Part shown: positions 20,988-30,012 of the stretch, one piece after another
Numbering within the stretch: position 1 is the stretch's first letter
Layout of the letters: every line of letters begins with the position of its first letter
IMG/VR virus record: IMGVR_UViG_3300029317_000049
From: an uncultured virus (IMG/VR IMGVR_UViG_3300029317_000049)
Lineage: Duplodnaviria; Heunggongvirae; Uroviricota; Caudoviricetes
Length of the DNA stretch: 64,000 nucleotides
Reading direction: 5' to 3' (one strand)
The notes under the pieces: generated by a model
Database searches by the model: none
What the model saw: only the letters and a program-made list of their open reading frames with translations
What the model was told of the DNA's origin: nothing
Position numbers and translations under genes: made by a program

Positions 20988-21236
20988 ATGGCTCGCGTTA
21001 ATTGTCCTAGCTGTGAACAAAAAGCTTTTGTAACTTCAAGAGAAATGCAAAGCGCGCACGTTACACACTTGTATTGTTCGTGTAGCAATAGCAAAGAATG
21101 TGGCGCAAGCTTTAGAGTTACGATAGGGTTCGATCATTACTTGAATCCTCCAAAAATGAGCAACGAACAAATGGCCGCTGCTTTTCTTAAGAGATTGCCC
21201 AGGCATGAGCAACTTGATTTACTTGGTTTGAATTGA
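20988..21236 (+). CDS. ogr: Ogr/Delta zinc-finger late activator
   Basis: CPSC...LYCSCSNSKECGASF. Confidence 0.9.
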   Translation: MARVNCPSCEQKAFVTSREMQSAHVTHLYCSCSNSKECGASFRVTIGFDHYLNPPKMSNEQMAAAFLKRLPRHEQLDLLGLN

Positions 21237-21324
21237 GTTGGTTATTCTGTTGCATTCCCCCATTGGTTATTCATCTTAGTAATCTATAAACTTGCTCCCC
21301 ACTTTCTAACTCAAAGGCTTCTTT

Positions 21325-21374
21325 GTGCATTCCTGACATTATCCTCAAAATATTTGCCATATATTTTCTAATGA
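21325..21374 (+). repeat. 50-bp site, copy W
   Basis: GTGCATT...GACATTATC-N9-TTTGCCATATATTTTCTAATGA; gap-free alignment with copies at 29073, 34374, 36068. Confidence 0.85.
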
Positions 21375-21489
21375 TAGTTAAATGTTCCTAAACAAAACAC
21401 CCCACCTTATATCATTTTTGAGCTATGACAGTTAATGCGATACTACCTTGTCACCATTAAAGCTATTCAATTAAATGCAGAGCTATTAA

Positions 21490-21585
21490 TGTCAGGATTT
21501 TTTACACAACCATGCATACACATCGCTAAAAAAAAGGTAATCAACTGAAAATTGTATATTTAAATGGTGTGGTTTAAATGTTGCA
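21490..21585 (+). promoter_or_regulatory. Enhancer (TGT-N11-ACA) and sigma54 -24/-12 promoter of the PEP-CTERM gene
   Basis: TGTCAGGATTTTTTACA 21490-21506; TGG-N10-GCA 21570-21585. Confidence 0.6.
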
Positions 21586-21681
21586 TCTTAGGATGCATAA
21601 AGGAAATTAGTCATGGTGTCATGTTCCTTATCAAAGGTGAAAAAACATAAGTTTCTAATATAAATATAGGAAAGAATAATC

Positions 21682-22224
21682 ATGATTACACAAAAAAATA
21701 AGAGAAATTATTGCATTATAATAATTTCTTTCTTTTGGCTTTTACTACTATGTAACACAGCACAAGCCACTTTAATTACCTATCAAATGAATTTAGATGG
21801 CGCACAAGAAGTGGGTGCTGGTGATCCTGATGGGCTAGCTTTTGGCACCATTAGTTTTGATAACGTGACAGGGTTGGTGTCTTGGGATTTAACCCACGCA
21901 AATATACTTTCCCCGCTAGCAATGCATGTTCATGGTCCCTTTGGAATTGCTGGAGTCAATGCTGGAGTGTTTTTCAGTATGGGAGTTGCGACATCAGGGG
22001 GGGCAAATACTTTAATTGATACCACTAACATTAGTCTTGCTGACATCAGTGCAATTACCTCGGCTCCAACGGGTTTTTATATCAATATACATACATCGGA
22101 CTTTCCTCCAGGCTCGGTAAGAGGGCAGCTGGGCAATATAGCAAACATACCCGAACCCACAACAATCGCCATTTTCGTATTTGGTCTGATAGGCTTGGGG
22201 TTAGGTAGATTTAAAAAGCGATAG
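21682..22224 (+). CDS. CHRD-domain protein with PEP-CTERM sorting signal
   Basis: Signal peptide (AQA), LDGAQEV, MHVHG, FYINIHT..FP.GSVRGQL, IPEP-TM-RFKKR tail. Confidence 0.9.
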   Translation: MITQKNKRNYCIIIISFFWLLLLCNTAQATLITYQMNLDGAQEVGAGDPDGLAFGTISFDNVTGLVSWDLTHANILSPLAMHVHGPFGIAGVNAGVFFSMGVATSGGANTLIDTTNISLADISAITSAPTGFYINIHTSDFPPGSVRGQLGNIANIPEPTTIAIFVFGLIGLGLGRFKKR

Positions 22225-22292
22225 TGATATAACTAAATTAACGCGACTGATACTTAGCTTATGTACTTAAAGCATCTACCCAAAGTGGAGGG

Positions 22293-22332
22293 AAATCTAA
22301 GGGGTCAGAACAATTTGATTAAAGCCACTAAA
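22293..22332 (+). repeat. GGGGTCAGA hairpin element; 40-bp direct repeat with 22714-22752
   Basis: AAATCTAAGGGGTCAGAACAATTTGATTAAAGCCACTAAA. Confidence 0.85.
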
Positions 22333-22407
22333 GCGGTCTTTCAGGTATCTGTATCGACGTGTTTTCAAAGTACTACAAACTTATCAGCAATTAAATCCCA
22401 CTAGCTG

Positions 22408-22435
22408 AAATCAATCGCTCTGACCCCATTGATTT
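22408..22435 (-). repeat. GGGGTCAGA hairpin element (inverted)
   Basis: Reverse complement identical to 29950-29977. Confidence 0.85.
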
Positions 22436-22453
22436 CTTATTTAATTAAATAGC

Positions 22454-22636
22454 TTAGAATTTTCGCTCCTGCCCATCTTCCTGTTTAGGGATGAAAAGTG
22501 CTAAAACGACAACGAGTGAGATAACGCCACCGGCTATATAACCAAAGCGCTCTAGGCTAACGCCTTCAATGCCATACGCATGATGGAACAGAAATGCTGC
22601 CAAGCAAGCTACCATGATGGCTATAAATATTTTCAT
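22454..22636 (-). CDS. Small two-TM membrane protein
   Basis: 60 aa, AAGGAA RBS, two hydrophobic segments. Confidence 0.65.
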   Translation of the reverse strand: MKIFIAIMVACLAAFLFHHAYGIEGVSLERFGYIAGGVISLVVVLALFIPKQEDGQERKF

Positions 22637-22713
22637 AATGTTTCCTTAAGTTTTTACTGCTATTTATCCCCACATATTACTAAATTTAGGCTTATTAGCC
22701 ACCTTTGTTTTAA

Positions 22714-22752
22714 AAATCTAAGGGGTCGAACAATTTGATTAAAGCCACTAAA
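22714..22752 (+). repeat. GGGGTC(A)GA hairpin element
   Basis: One-base deletion relative to 22293-22332. Confidence 0.85.
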
Positions 22753-22800
22753 ACGGGGGAACTACATTGTCCGTTTAATTGCCTTGTTATATTTTTTATA

Positions 22801-22830
22801 CCATAATCCAATATATATTGGTACTTATGG
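22801..22830. promoter_or_regulatory. Palindromic operator of parDE
   Basis: CCAATATATATTGG flanked by CCATAA/TTATGG just upstream of parD. Confidence 0.55.
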
Positions 22831-22840
22831 GTTTTACATT

Positions 22841-23080
22841 ATGGCTAAAAATACAAGCGTAACATTGGGCGAACATTTTGATCAATTTATAAACCAACAA
22901 CTTAACACTGGTCGTTATGGCTCAGCAAGTGAAGTTGTTAGAGCCGGATTAAGAGCTTTAGAAGATCAAGAAGCTAAGGTATTAAATTTACGCAATATGC
23001 TGATCCAAGGTGAACAAAGCGGCATTTCTGATTACAGTTATGAAAGTTTATTGACAGAGCTAGATAAAGATAACCATTAA
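22841..23080 (+). CDS. parD: ParD-family antitoxin
   Basis: NTSVTLG...GRYGSASEVVRAGLRALE. Confidence 0.9.
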   Translation: MAKNTSVTLGEHFDQFINQQLNTGRYGSASEVVRAGLRALEDQEAKVLNLRNMLIQGEQSGISDYSYESLLTELDKDNH

Positions 23081-23373
23081 TGAACAAATTTTTATTATCT
23101 TCAAAAGCAAAATCAGATTTAATTAAAATAGCTAAATACACCCAATTAACTTGGGGTAAGGCTCAGAGAAATGATTATTTAAAGGTATTAGATAATACGT
23201 TTCAATTATTAGCTACTGAACCAGAATTAGGTTTTAATTGCGATTATATTCGAGAAGACTACAAGAAGTACCCTCAAGCTAGCCATGTAATTTATTACAA
23301 AGAGCATAAAGCTAATCAAATTTTAATCGTGCGTATATTGCATAAAAGTATGGATGTTAACTCCGCACTCTAG
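23080..23373 (+). CDS. parE: ParE-family toxin
   Basis: AKSDLIKIAKYT..WG...HVIYY...IVRILHKSMD. Confidence 0.9.
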   Translation: MNKFLLSSKAKSDLIKIAKYTQLTWGKAQRNDYLKVLDNTFQLLATEPELGFNCDYIREDYKKYPQASHVIYYKEHKANQILIVRILHKSMDVNSAL

Positions 23374-23376
23374 AAA

Positions 23377-23407
23377 AAAATCAAAGGGGTCAGAACAATT
23401 TGATTTT
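23377..23407 (+). repeat. GGGGTCAGA hairpin element
   Basis: AAAATCAAA-GGGGTCAGAACAA-TTTGATTTT right after the parE stop. Confidence 0.8.
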
Positions 23408-23466
23408 TAATACCCGATAACCTCTGTATTTTGGCCTCTCCATCATACTACCCCAAGTTAAGGGCA

Positions 23467-25725
23467 TTAAGCTTGCATTAAGCCGGCATCCCACCAACCG
23501 GCTTCAGCTTCACCGTCTGCTATTTCCCTGGCATAAACCCAATCACTGCCAATTGGCATAGCCCTACCCTCGTTATTTGCCTTAACAAATGCTGTGGCTA
23601 CCATTTCACGTGATTTCTGCCAATCTGCTTCAAATGGTCGGTTTCGCCCCTCACTACGCGCAAAAATATGCGCCCAATGGTCAATTTCATTGCGTTTTTG
23701 TAAATCGATCTGATTTTCATCTTCTAAAATGATTAGTTTTTGACCCTCAATAGAGAGGATCCGATCATCAACCCTGATCCTTTTCCCTTTTTTCAGCTCA
23801 TTAACCTGGTAATTACCTAAACCTAAACTAAAAAGCTTTCTCGCCTCTCTAGCCGCTGCACCCAAAGGCGTACAGTTATTCCCACTAGTCCAAGATTGGT
23901 CGGCTGCGCCGACAAAGCCCAACTCCTGAGCATTCTTAGCGGCTGTACCTTTTAACTGTTTTACCCATTGGGTAACGCGCGTTAATAAACTTACCGTTTC
24001 TTCACTATCAGTAACGCCTTTAACTTTTCGGGTTAACTCGCCATATTTATTGCCAAAGGGTATTTGTTCATATGCGGTTTTAAAATTGGCATTGCGGCCA
24101 ACACACATGCCGCCCATCAGTTTTACAAAGTCTTTCCAGCTACCTCGGTCTGCGGCCTCGCGGATTTCTTCTAATTCGGCATGGTCTACTTTGTCGCGTT
24201 GTCTTCTTAATTCACGGTAAACGGTAACGCTTGGTGAGCCTTGAAACTGAAACTGACGAATACCCCAAGTGCTAGCCCAGCAAAGTACTGGGTTAACTTT
24301 GATTTTTTCGCCCGTCTCTTCATCTTCAAGATCGGTAATTTGATAAGCATCTAAGTTTTTAGATATATATTTGGCAATGTAGCCGGTAGCGCTGCCCTTA
24401 CTCGGGTCTATGCGTTCAACAAGAACGCGTGGTGAAAAGGTGCGAAAATCTTTACTTGGTTCTTTGGCCTTAATGCCTTGGCTTTTTTTATGGCCCCAAT
24501 CTCGTCTTTTTAATTTGTAAGCCTTAAAAAGTGATTTTCTGTTGTCGTACCTTTTTATTAATTCTACTCGGTCTTCAGAAATAAAGTATTTACGAATAAT
24601 AGCGGTAACGGTTTGCTCTTTCTTTTTTGGCACAAATAGCATCATGTGCCAATGTGGGCAACCATCTGCGTGTGCTTCAGCAACGCGCATACCAAAGTAC
24701 ATTACGCCTAATCTACCTAACTTTGCTCGGGCACGTGCCCAAGTTTCTACCATATATTTTTGTGATTCTTTAGGTGTAGCACCGTTCCAGTTTGCTGCAC
24801 CAGGATGATATTTTGACGGGCAAGTAAGCGTATAAAACACACCAACAAAACCTAGCTCTGTGGCTATCTCTTCGCTTTCGCGTAAACGCAACATGGTTTC
24901 ACAACGTCTAATTGCTGGGTTGGCAATACCTGCTTTTACTGCTTCGAGTAAATCAATTACTACGCCATCTTCATTTTCTATTTCTAACTTGCTCAGATAA
25001 TCAAGGACTGAACGTTGGTCTTCTGCAAATTCTCGCTGTGCTTTTTTTGAGGTGTACGGGTTAACATTTTTATGTGTAACTTTTTTACCTTTACCGACAT
25101 AAAAGGTCGCTTTACCAACACTGCCCATGGCAAGTTCAATATGTTCAAGATATTGCTTTCTCACGGTTTTAAGTTTTTTCTTCCACCAGTCTTCGCACAA
25201 TATTTTAAGTAACGATATTTCAAGCGCTTCAACGGGCTGCTGGTCTCTAACATGCCAATACTTAGGAGTAACATTCATGGACAAGCAAAATTCGCCCAAT
25301 TTTTCAAAAGTGTGGATAATGCTTTCTTCAAGGCTAAGGTCTGCGGTTTCTTGGGCAATTTCAGATAAGTGTTTACTGCAATCAAGTGCGGTTTTTATTG
25401 CGTGGTCCTTGGTGCGCTCTTTGCTTTCAATAATGTGCCAAGGCAGTGGCATGCTGTTACATAAGGTAAATAACCGAGCAAAACGGTTTCGTCCTTTTTC
25501 ACTAGTGCGTCTTAACCATTTGTTGGCATTAATAGTGCTATTGCCGCCTTTGCGGTTATACATGGTAAAGTATTCACGCGCTACACGAGTTTGCAACGGA
25601 ATGGGCATTCTACTTAACCCCAGCGCTAAAAAATTGTAGTTACGAATGTCTTCAATGCTACTCACCATAGTGGCAGCAGTACCAGACAGGTTTAACGTGG
25701 CTAACTCAACACGTTGGTCTCTCAT
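23467..25725 (-). CDS. Rolling-circle replication endonuclease (P2 gpA-like)
   Basis: FYTLTCPSKYH, EAHADGCPHWH (HUH), YIAKYISKN, WGIRQFQF. Confidence 0.95.
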   Translation of the reverse strand: MRDQRVELATLNLSGTAATMVSSIEDIRNYNFLALGLSRMPIPLQTRVAREYFTMYNRKGGNSTINANKWLRRTSEKGRNRFARLFTLCNSMPLPWHIIESKERTKDHAIKTALDCSKHLSEIAQETADLSLEESIIHTFEKLGEFCLSMNVTPKYWHVRDQQPVEALEISLLKILCEDWWKKKLKTVRKQYLEHIELAMGSVGKATFYVGKGKKVTHKNVNPYTSKKAQREFAEDQRSVLDYLSKLEIENEDGVVIDLLEAVKAGIANPAIRRCETMLRLRESEEIATELGFVGVFYTLTCPSKYHPGAANWNGATPKESQKYMVETWARARAKLGRLGVMYFGMRVAEAHADGCPHWHMMLFVPKKKEQTVTAIIRKYFISEDRVELIKRYDNRKSLFKAYKLKRRDWGHKKSQGIKAKEPSKDFRTFSPRVLVERIDPSKGSATGYIAKYISKNLDAYQITDLEDEETGEKIKVNPVLCWASTWGIRQFQFQGSPSVTVYRELRRQRDKVDHAELEEIREAADRGSWKDFVKLMGGMCVGRNANFKTAYEQIPFGNKYGELTRKVKGVTDSEETVSLLTRVTQWVKQLKGTAAKNAQELGFVGAADQSWTSGNNCTPLGAAAREARKLFSLGLGNYQVNELKKGKRIRVDDRILSIEGQKLIILEDENQIDLQKRNEIDHWAHIFARSEGRNRPFEADWQKSREMVATAFVKANNEGRAMPIGSDWVYAREIADGEAEAGWWDAGLMQA
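23872..23913 (-). other. Candidate replication origin inside gpA
   Basis: CTTGGACTAGTGGGAATAACTGT resembles the P2/186/HP1 ori; GTCGGC/GCCGAC hairpin upstream. Confidence 0.7.
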
Positions 25726-25988
25726 TAGAAAGGCATCTCAGGAAAGTTAATCAACTCTTCATGTAATGAAAGTCTGTATAACGGTCTTTTCTTATTTAAT
25801 ATAGAAAAGCTTAAATGCCAGATTCTCAAATCTAACTCTGTACTTAATGAGGTGATATTCATTAACTCATTAATTACATATGAAATAATTAACCATCGTT
25901 CACCTTTTCTCGGTGATGTCTTGGCTTGTTTAAGTTGTTCAAAGGCCAACTTAACTTGGGAACGGTCGTGTATCGTTATATATGCCAT
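25725..25988 (-). CDS. Hypothetical early protein
   Basis: Coupled to neighbours. Confidence 0.6.
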   Translation of the reverse strand: MAYITIHDRSQVKLAFEQLKQAKTSPRKGERWLIISYVINELMNITSLSTELDLRIWHLSFSILNKKRPLYRLSLHEELINFPEMPF

Positions 25989-26272
25989 TACCCTTCCCCC
26001 AACGTAATTTCGCTGATGTCTTCACCTCGTTGCATTAAATCAATGGTGCTTTCAATTTTGTTGGCTATGTCCTTACTGGTTAACTTCGGTAGCATTTTTA
26101 CTAGTGGTAACAAGGTCGTTAATTGCTCTTCACAATAAACATAAAAATGCATGGTTGAACGCTTGTTAAACATGAAAATGGCATGGTTTACCGTGTCTAA
26201 AATATGCGCAACGATGCTATCTTCTAAATCGATTTTTGGTGTTTCTGCTGAATTTTGGGTGCGTTTGTTCAT
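25988..26272 (-). CDS. Hypothetical early protein
   Basis: AAGGAA RBS; coupled. Confidence 0.6.
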   Translation of the reverse strand: MNKRTQNSAETPKIDLEDSIVAHILDTVNHAIFMFNKRSTMHFYVYCEEQLTTLLPLVKMLPKLTSKDIANKIESTIDLMQRGEDISEITLGEG

Positions 26273-26327
26273 GGCTAGTTCCTTTGCGTTAATTTTTTGG
26301 TATTTGTGGTGGTGGGTTTACGGTGGT

Positions 26328-26900
26328 CTAAATAATTTCGGTATACGTTAAGCCTGAAAAGCCTTTTTGAAATACAAAGTGGGCATATTCAATACTGTCT
26401 GTTTTATTTGGAAATTCAGGGTTAAAGCCTGGTCGTTTATGGTGAACATAAATGTGTTTTAATGGAGCTGTATCCCAAAACGGTTTGCGCTTGGCTGTTC
26501 CTAACCAATTTAAACGTTGAAGCATTACCACAAAACCACCGTAATTTACTTCACGAAGTGCTTTTTTAGCGAACTCAACACTGCGGTCAAATGGTGGGTT
26601 AGTAATAATTAGGTCATACCCTAAATTAACCGACTTAAAATAGTCACTGCTTGGGTTAGCTGCTCGGCTATCTTCTCTAATATCTGCCGTGGTAATGTCG
26701 GTAAAGCCAAAATCTTTTAATACTTTCGGGTAACTCATTTCATACTGACCACAACCACCCGCACTTGGGTCAAACGTTGGCTTGGTTAAATCTATGTTGT
26801 AAGCGGGTACAAAAACGGGCAAAAACTCAGTAATTAACCAATGTGGTGTTACGTAATAATCGTTAGCGTTTCGCTCTGTTCCTCGGCATGTACTGCTCAT
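26328..26900 (-). CDS. Orphan amino-DNA methyltransferase
   Basis: DYYVTP, FDPSAGG (motif I), ITNPPF (motif IV); GGAG RBS before ATG 26900. Confidence 0.8.
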   Translation of the reverse strand: MSSTCRGTERNANDYYVTPHWLITEFLPVFVPAYNIDLTKPTFDPSAGGCGQYEMSYPKVLKDFGFTDITTADIREDSRAANPSSDYFKSVNLGYDLIITNPPFDRSVEFAKKALREVNYGGFVVMLQRLNWLGTAKRKPFWDTAPLKHIYVHHKRPGFNPEFPNKTDSIEYAHFVFQKGFSGLTYTEII

Positions 26901-26901
26901 A

Positions 26902-27261
26902 TCAATACTTCTCCGCGTAAAGAAACTTTGATGTTTCCATCGCATTGGCATCGCGAAACATTGCTGCCACTTGTCCTAAAGATACAATGGCATTTTTAAT
27001 TGATTTTCTACTGTCTGCGTTTAAATTTACAAAGGTAACTTCATGGTCAATTCGACTTAAACCAGCAGTAAAACACAAAGCTGCGCGTTGTTTATCTGTT
27101 AATAAACAATCATAAATATATGCTGGGTTTCTTGATTTTGAGTTAAGCTTTTGTCGAATTTCTGCTAAACATTCTGCGCCTGTTTTTACTGATGATTTTT
27201 CAACTAATCTTAGTGGCGTTATTGCTTGCGCTTCATTAATCTGTGATTTTTTGGCTAACAT
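26902..27261 (-). CDS. P2-family early protein (gpB-like?)
   Basis: LTDKQRAALCFTAGL pattern; early operon position. Confidence 0.45.
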   Translation of the reverse strand: MLAKKSQINEAQAITPLRLVEKSSVKTGAECLAEIRQKLNSKSRNPAYIYDCLLTDKQRAALCFTAGLSRIDHEVTFVNLNADSRKSIKNAIVSLGQVAAMFRDANAMETSKFLYAEKY

Positions 27262-27290
27262 GGCAATTCCTTAAGTTAATCAACTAAACG

Positions 27291-27593
27291 TTAAGCGGCG
27301 TTTGCTTGGGCAATGGCGGCTTTGTTATCAATGCGCTGTTGCTTAATTTGGTTGCTGTATGTCAACTTAAAACCTACAAAGCCAATGCGCTTATATTCTT
27401 CAATATCACTTTTCAACCAGCCAACACGCCCTTCGGTAATTTGGTGCTGCAACGGGAATTGGTTTCTTTCCATAGCGCGATAAATGGTCGCGCGACTCAT
27501 ACCGCAGTATTCTGCAACTTCTTTTGCGCTTAAAAAACGGTCTTCCAAGGTAATTGGCTCACCTTTAATGTTTGTTTTTGGATTTATATTCAT
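27291..27593 (-). CDS. AlpA-family HTH (excisionase-like)
   Basis: EVAEYCGMSRATIYR...FP...VGWLKSDI. Confidence 0.85.
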   Translation of the reverse strand: MNINPKTNIKGEPITLEDRFLSAKEVAEYCGMSRATIYRAMERNQFPLQHQITEGRVGWLKSDIEEYKRIGFVGFKLTYSNQIKQQRIDNKAAIAQANAA

Positions 27594-27859
27594 TCGATAA
27601 CTCCTTTATTATTTGAATCTTTCCCTGCGCACTTATCTGCTTCCCATTGCTTAGCAAGTCTAATAAGTTCATCTTTAAAAAACGTAACTCCACCATAGGC
27701 GTCGGCAAACACACTATTTACTGTTGCGTAGCTGTAATCTAAGGCGGCATGACAAACCATTTCTTCAAGAGAGTAGTCACTATTAACTAATGCTGCTGCC
27801 CTTTCTGAATAGCTATACTGTGCTTGCTTTGCTGGTGTTTTGTTGTTTTTTTGGCTCAT
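27590..27859 (-). CDS. Hypothetical early protein
   Basis: Coupled ORF. Confidence 0.6.
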   Translation of the reverse strand: MSQKNNKTPAKQAQYSYSERAAALVNSDYSLEEMVCHAALDYSYATVNSVFADAYGGVTFFKDELIRLAKQWEADKCAGKDSNNKGVIE

Positions 27860-28077
27860 GTTGCTACACCTTGTTCGTGGTTTTTTTCATGATCAGCCAG
27901 TAATGCTTCAACCGTGATTTCACCATTGGTTAGCTCTGATATTTTCTTGATGTATTTAGCTGGTGCTTGGCCGTGACGGTTAGTCCAATTTGATACAGCT
28001 GTTGGTTGCTTTCCCAATATTCTCGCCAATTTCGTTTGACCCCCTATTTGTTCAATAGCTCGTTCAATTGCTGACAT
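27856..28077 (-). CDS. Cro/YdaS-like HTH repressor
   Basis: GGQTKLARILG..PTAVSNW; divergent from CI. Confidence 0.85.
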   Translation of the reverse strand: MSAIERAIEQIGGQTKLARILGKQPTAVSNWTNRHGQAPAKYIKKISELTNGEITVEALLADHEKNHEQGVAT

Positions 28078-28094
28078 GTTTTTAATCCTTACTT

Positions 28095-28236
28095 AACAAC
28101 TTTTACACATCATATGATCGCTTTAAGTGGTTGTAAACCACTTTATGTGTTTATTGTTTAAATAAAAACAACTAATAACTATTTGACCTAAACCACTTAA
28201 AGTTATATTAATAGCGTTATAACCACAGAAAGTGTT
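28095..28236. promoter_or_regulatory. CI/Cro operator array
   Basis: AAGTGGTT-GTA-AACCACTT 28125-28143; AACCAC-led dyads at 28136, 28191, 28221. Confidence 0.6.
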
Positions 28237-28261
28237 TTTAATTAACTATTTAGGAGTTAAT

Positions 28262-28888
28262 TTGGGTATTGCAGGACGAGTAAGAGAAAGAAGAACAGCA
28301 TTAGGATTCACTCAATTACAGTTAGCTGAAAATGTTGGTGTTGCTCAGAATTCAATACAAAAAATTGAAAGTGGTGACACTAAAAACCCACGTAACATTG
28401 AAGCACTAGCTCGTGTTCTTAAATGCACCCCAGAATATTTGCGTTTTGGCGTAGGTGAAATGGATAACGCAGCAATAGAACCAGACTTAACAAAAAGCAT
28501 TCCGATAATTGATTATGTTCAAGCCGGTGCGTGGGGTGATATTGAAGGCGTTCAAGAAACTAGCGAAATAGATAATGCTGAGCATTTTGTATGCCCGATA
28601 AACTGTAGTGACTCTTCGTTTGCACTAAGGGTTCAAGGCATCAGTATGGAGCCTAAATTTTTAGACGGTGACTTGATTTTTGTAGATCCCGAATCAGAAT
28701 CTATAAACGGCTCTTATGTTGTGGCAAGGTTAGAAGATGATAACCAAGCCACGTTTAAGCAGTTGGTTATTGAAGGTAATCAAAAGTTTTTAAAGCCACT
28801 TAATAAAGATTGGCCAGATCAACTAATACAGATTAACGCTAATTGCACCATTGTTGGCAGGGTAATTTTTACAGGTAAGGAACTTTAA
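28262..28888 (+). CDS. CI-like repressor (HTH + S24 peptidase)
   Basis: Xre HTH, VQAG cleavage site, GISMEP (Ser), TFKQL (Lys); TTG start after AGGAG. Confidence 0.92.
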   Translation: MGIAGRVRERRTALGFTQLQLAENVGVAQNSIQKIESGDTKNPRNIEALARVLKCTPEYLRFGVGEMDNAAIEPDLTKSIPIIDYVQAGAWGDIEGVQETSEIDNAEHFVCPINCSDSSFALRVQGISMEPKFLDGDLIFVDPESESINGSYVVARLEDDNQATFKQLVIEGNQKFLKPLNKDWPDQLIQINANCTIVGRVIFTGKEL

Positions 28889-29072
28889 TAAATCAAGGAA
28901 TGCCTGGGATAAAATGTACCCCGTAGATACTTGGGAGTGTACAAGATCCAAGAAGATATCTGGCCTACAAAAAAGTGAGAATAAGGTGGTCAAAAGCCGA
29001 TGTAATGCTTTGAGAATGTGGTAATGGTGCCAATATCCGACTAAATCAACAATATCCCAATAGTCACTCTGT

Positions 29073-29122
29073 GCGCATTGAAGACGTTAGCATTTAATTA
29101 TTTGCCATATGTTTTCTAATGA
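29073..29122 (+). repeat. 50-bp site, copy X
   Basis: GCGCATT...GACGTTAGC-N9-TTTGCCATATGTTTTCTAATGA. Confidence 0.85.
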
Positions 29123-29293
29123 ATTACGTCTGTTATTTACTTAATTTTATGTACAGCTCCACCAGAGGTTTACACTTTTTGCGAGAAAGAAGGCATAGCG
29201 CCATTTTTGTACTTAGGGTATAAAATCTAGTTCTTGTTAATTTATTGAGAATCATCGAGTTAACCGTTATTATTAAACTCAATAAATTATGAA

Positions 29294-29353
29294 AGGAGGC
29301 ATGGTGCCTTGTTTAAATAGGGCACCATGCCTCCTAATAAGCTGTTATGTTGC
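29294..29353 (+). other. 42-bp palindrome plus attI-like site
   Basis: AGGAGGCATGGTGCC...GGCACCATGCCTCCT, then AATAAGCT-GTTATGTTGC core. Confidence 0.55.
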
Positions 29354-29408
29354 TAATGAAGCTGATTAGTCCTGATGTGAATGTTAAACCAACAAGGAAG
29401 TGTTACAA

Positions 29409-29933
29409 ATGATAGGTATTATTGCTTTTTCTATTCTCTTTATTTTAATTTATATGGTTCATCGCATTGCTAAACGTTTTTCAACTGATTTTTCAACTGA
29501 TGATAATCCGAAATTACGGAAGCTTTTATATAGGATTGCACTAGGGTTTCTTATTTTTGTGCTAGTGGGTGATGAAATTATAGGAGGCACACAACTGGCA
29601 TATTTTTGTCTTTCAGAACCAAAAAGACAAGTGTTTGTGGATGAACTTGAAGGTCGTACTATTCAAGGACGTAATACTACTTTTATTAAAGAATACACGC
29701 CACTCGATATAGAAAAAAGGATAACTGAAATATTTGATATTAATAGCCACGAACTAGTGTTTAAAAGGTACTGGTATTCTGCTAAGGGTGGATGGCTGAG
29801 TCGTACAATATCTTTTAATGGAAGTAAAAACCCACTTTTGTTTGATGGTAATTGCTCTAACACTAAAAAACTTAAACAATTAAGATTAACAAATAAAATG
29901 AATTACATACGCACAGAATTGACGGCGTTTTAA
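29409..29933 (+). CDS. Membrane protein, gene cassette 1
   Basis: Two N-terminal TM segments; flanked by GTTATGTTGC / GCAACATAAC. Confidence 0.7.
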   Translation: MIGIIAFSILFILIYMVHRIAKRFSTDFSTDDNPKLRKLLYRIALGFLIFVLVGDEIIGGTQLAYFCLSEPKRQVFVDELEGRTIQGRNTTFIKEYTPLDIEKRITEIFDINSHELVFKRYWYSAKGGWLSRTISFNGSKNPLLFDGNCSNTKKLKQLRLTNKMNYIRTELTAF

Positions 29934-29950
29934 CTCGCAACATAACTGTA

Positions 29951-30012
29951 AATCAATGGGGTCAGAGCGATTGATTTCTTTCCCTCACCAAAAGCTAACG
30001 TCAAAAAAGTGC
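29951..30012 (+). repeat. 62-bp direct repeat, left copy (starts with GGGGTCAGA hairpin)
   Basis: 61/62 identical to 34314-34375. Confidence 0.9.

Larger units (their letters stand above)
1..28890. mobile_element. P2/HP1/K139-like prophage (left end outside window; may extend through the cargo to 37074 and beyond)
   Basis: Divergent capsid and terminase/portal operons, contractile tail genes, Ogr, gpA replicase and immunity region in P2/HP1-type order. Confidence 0.93.
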
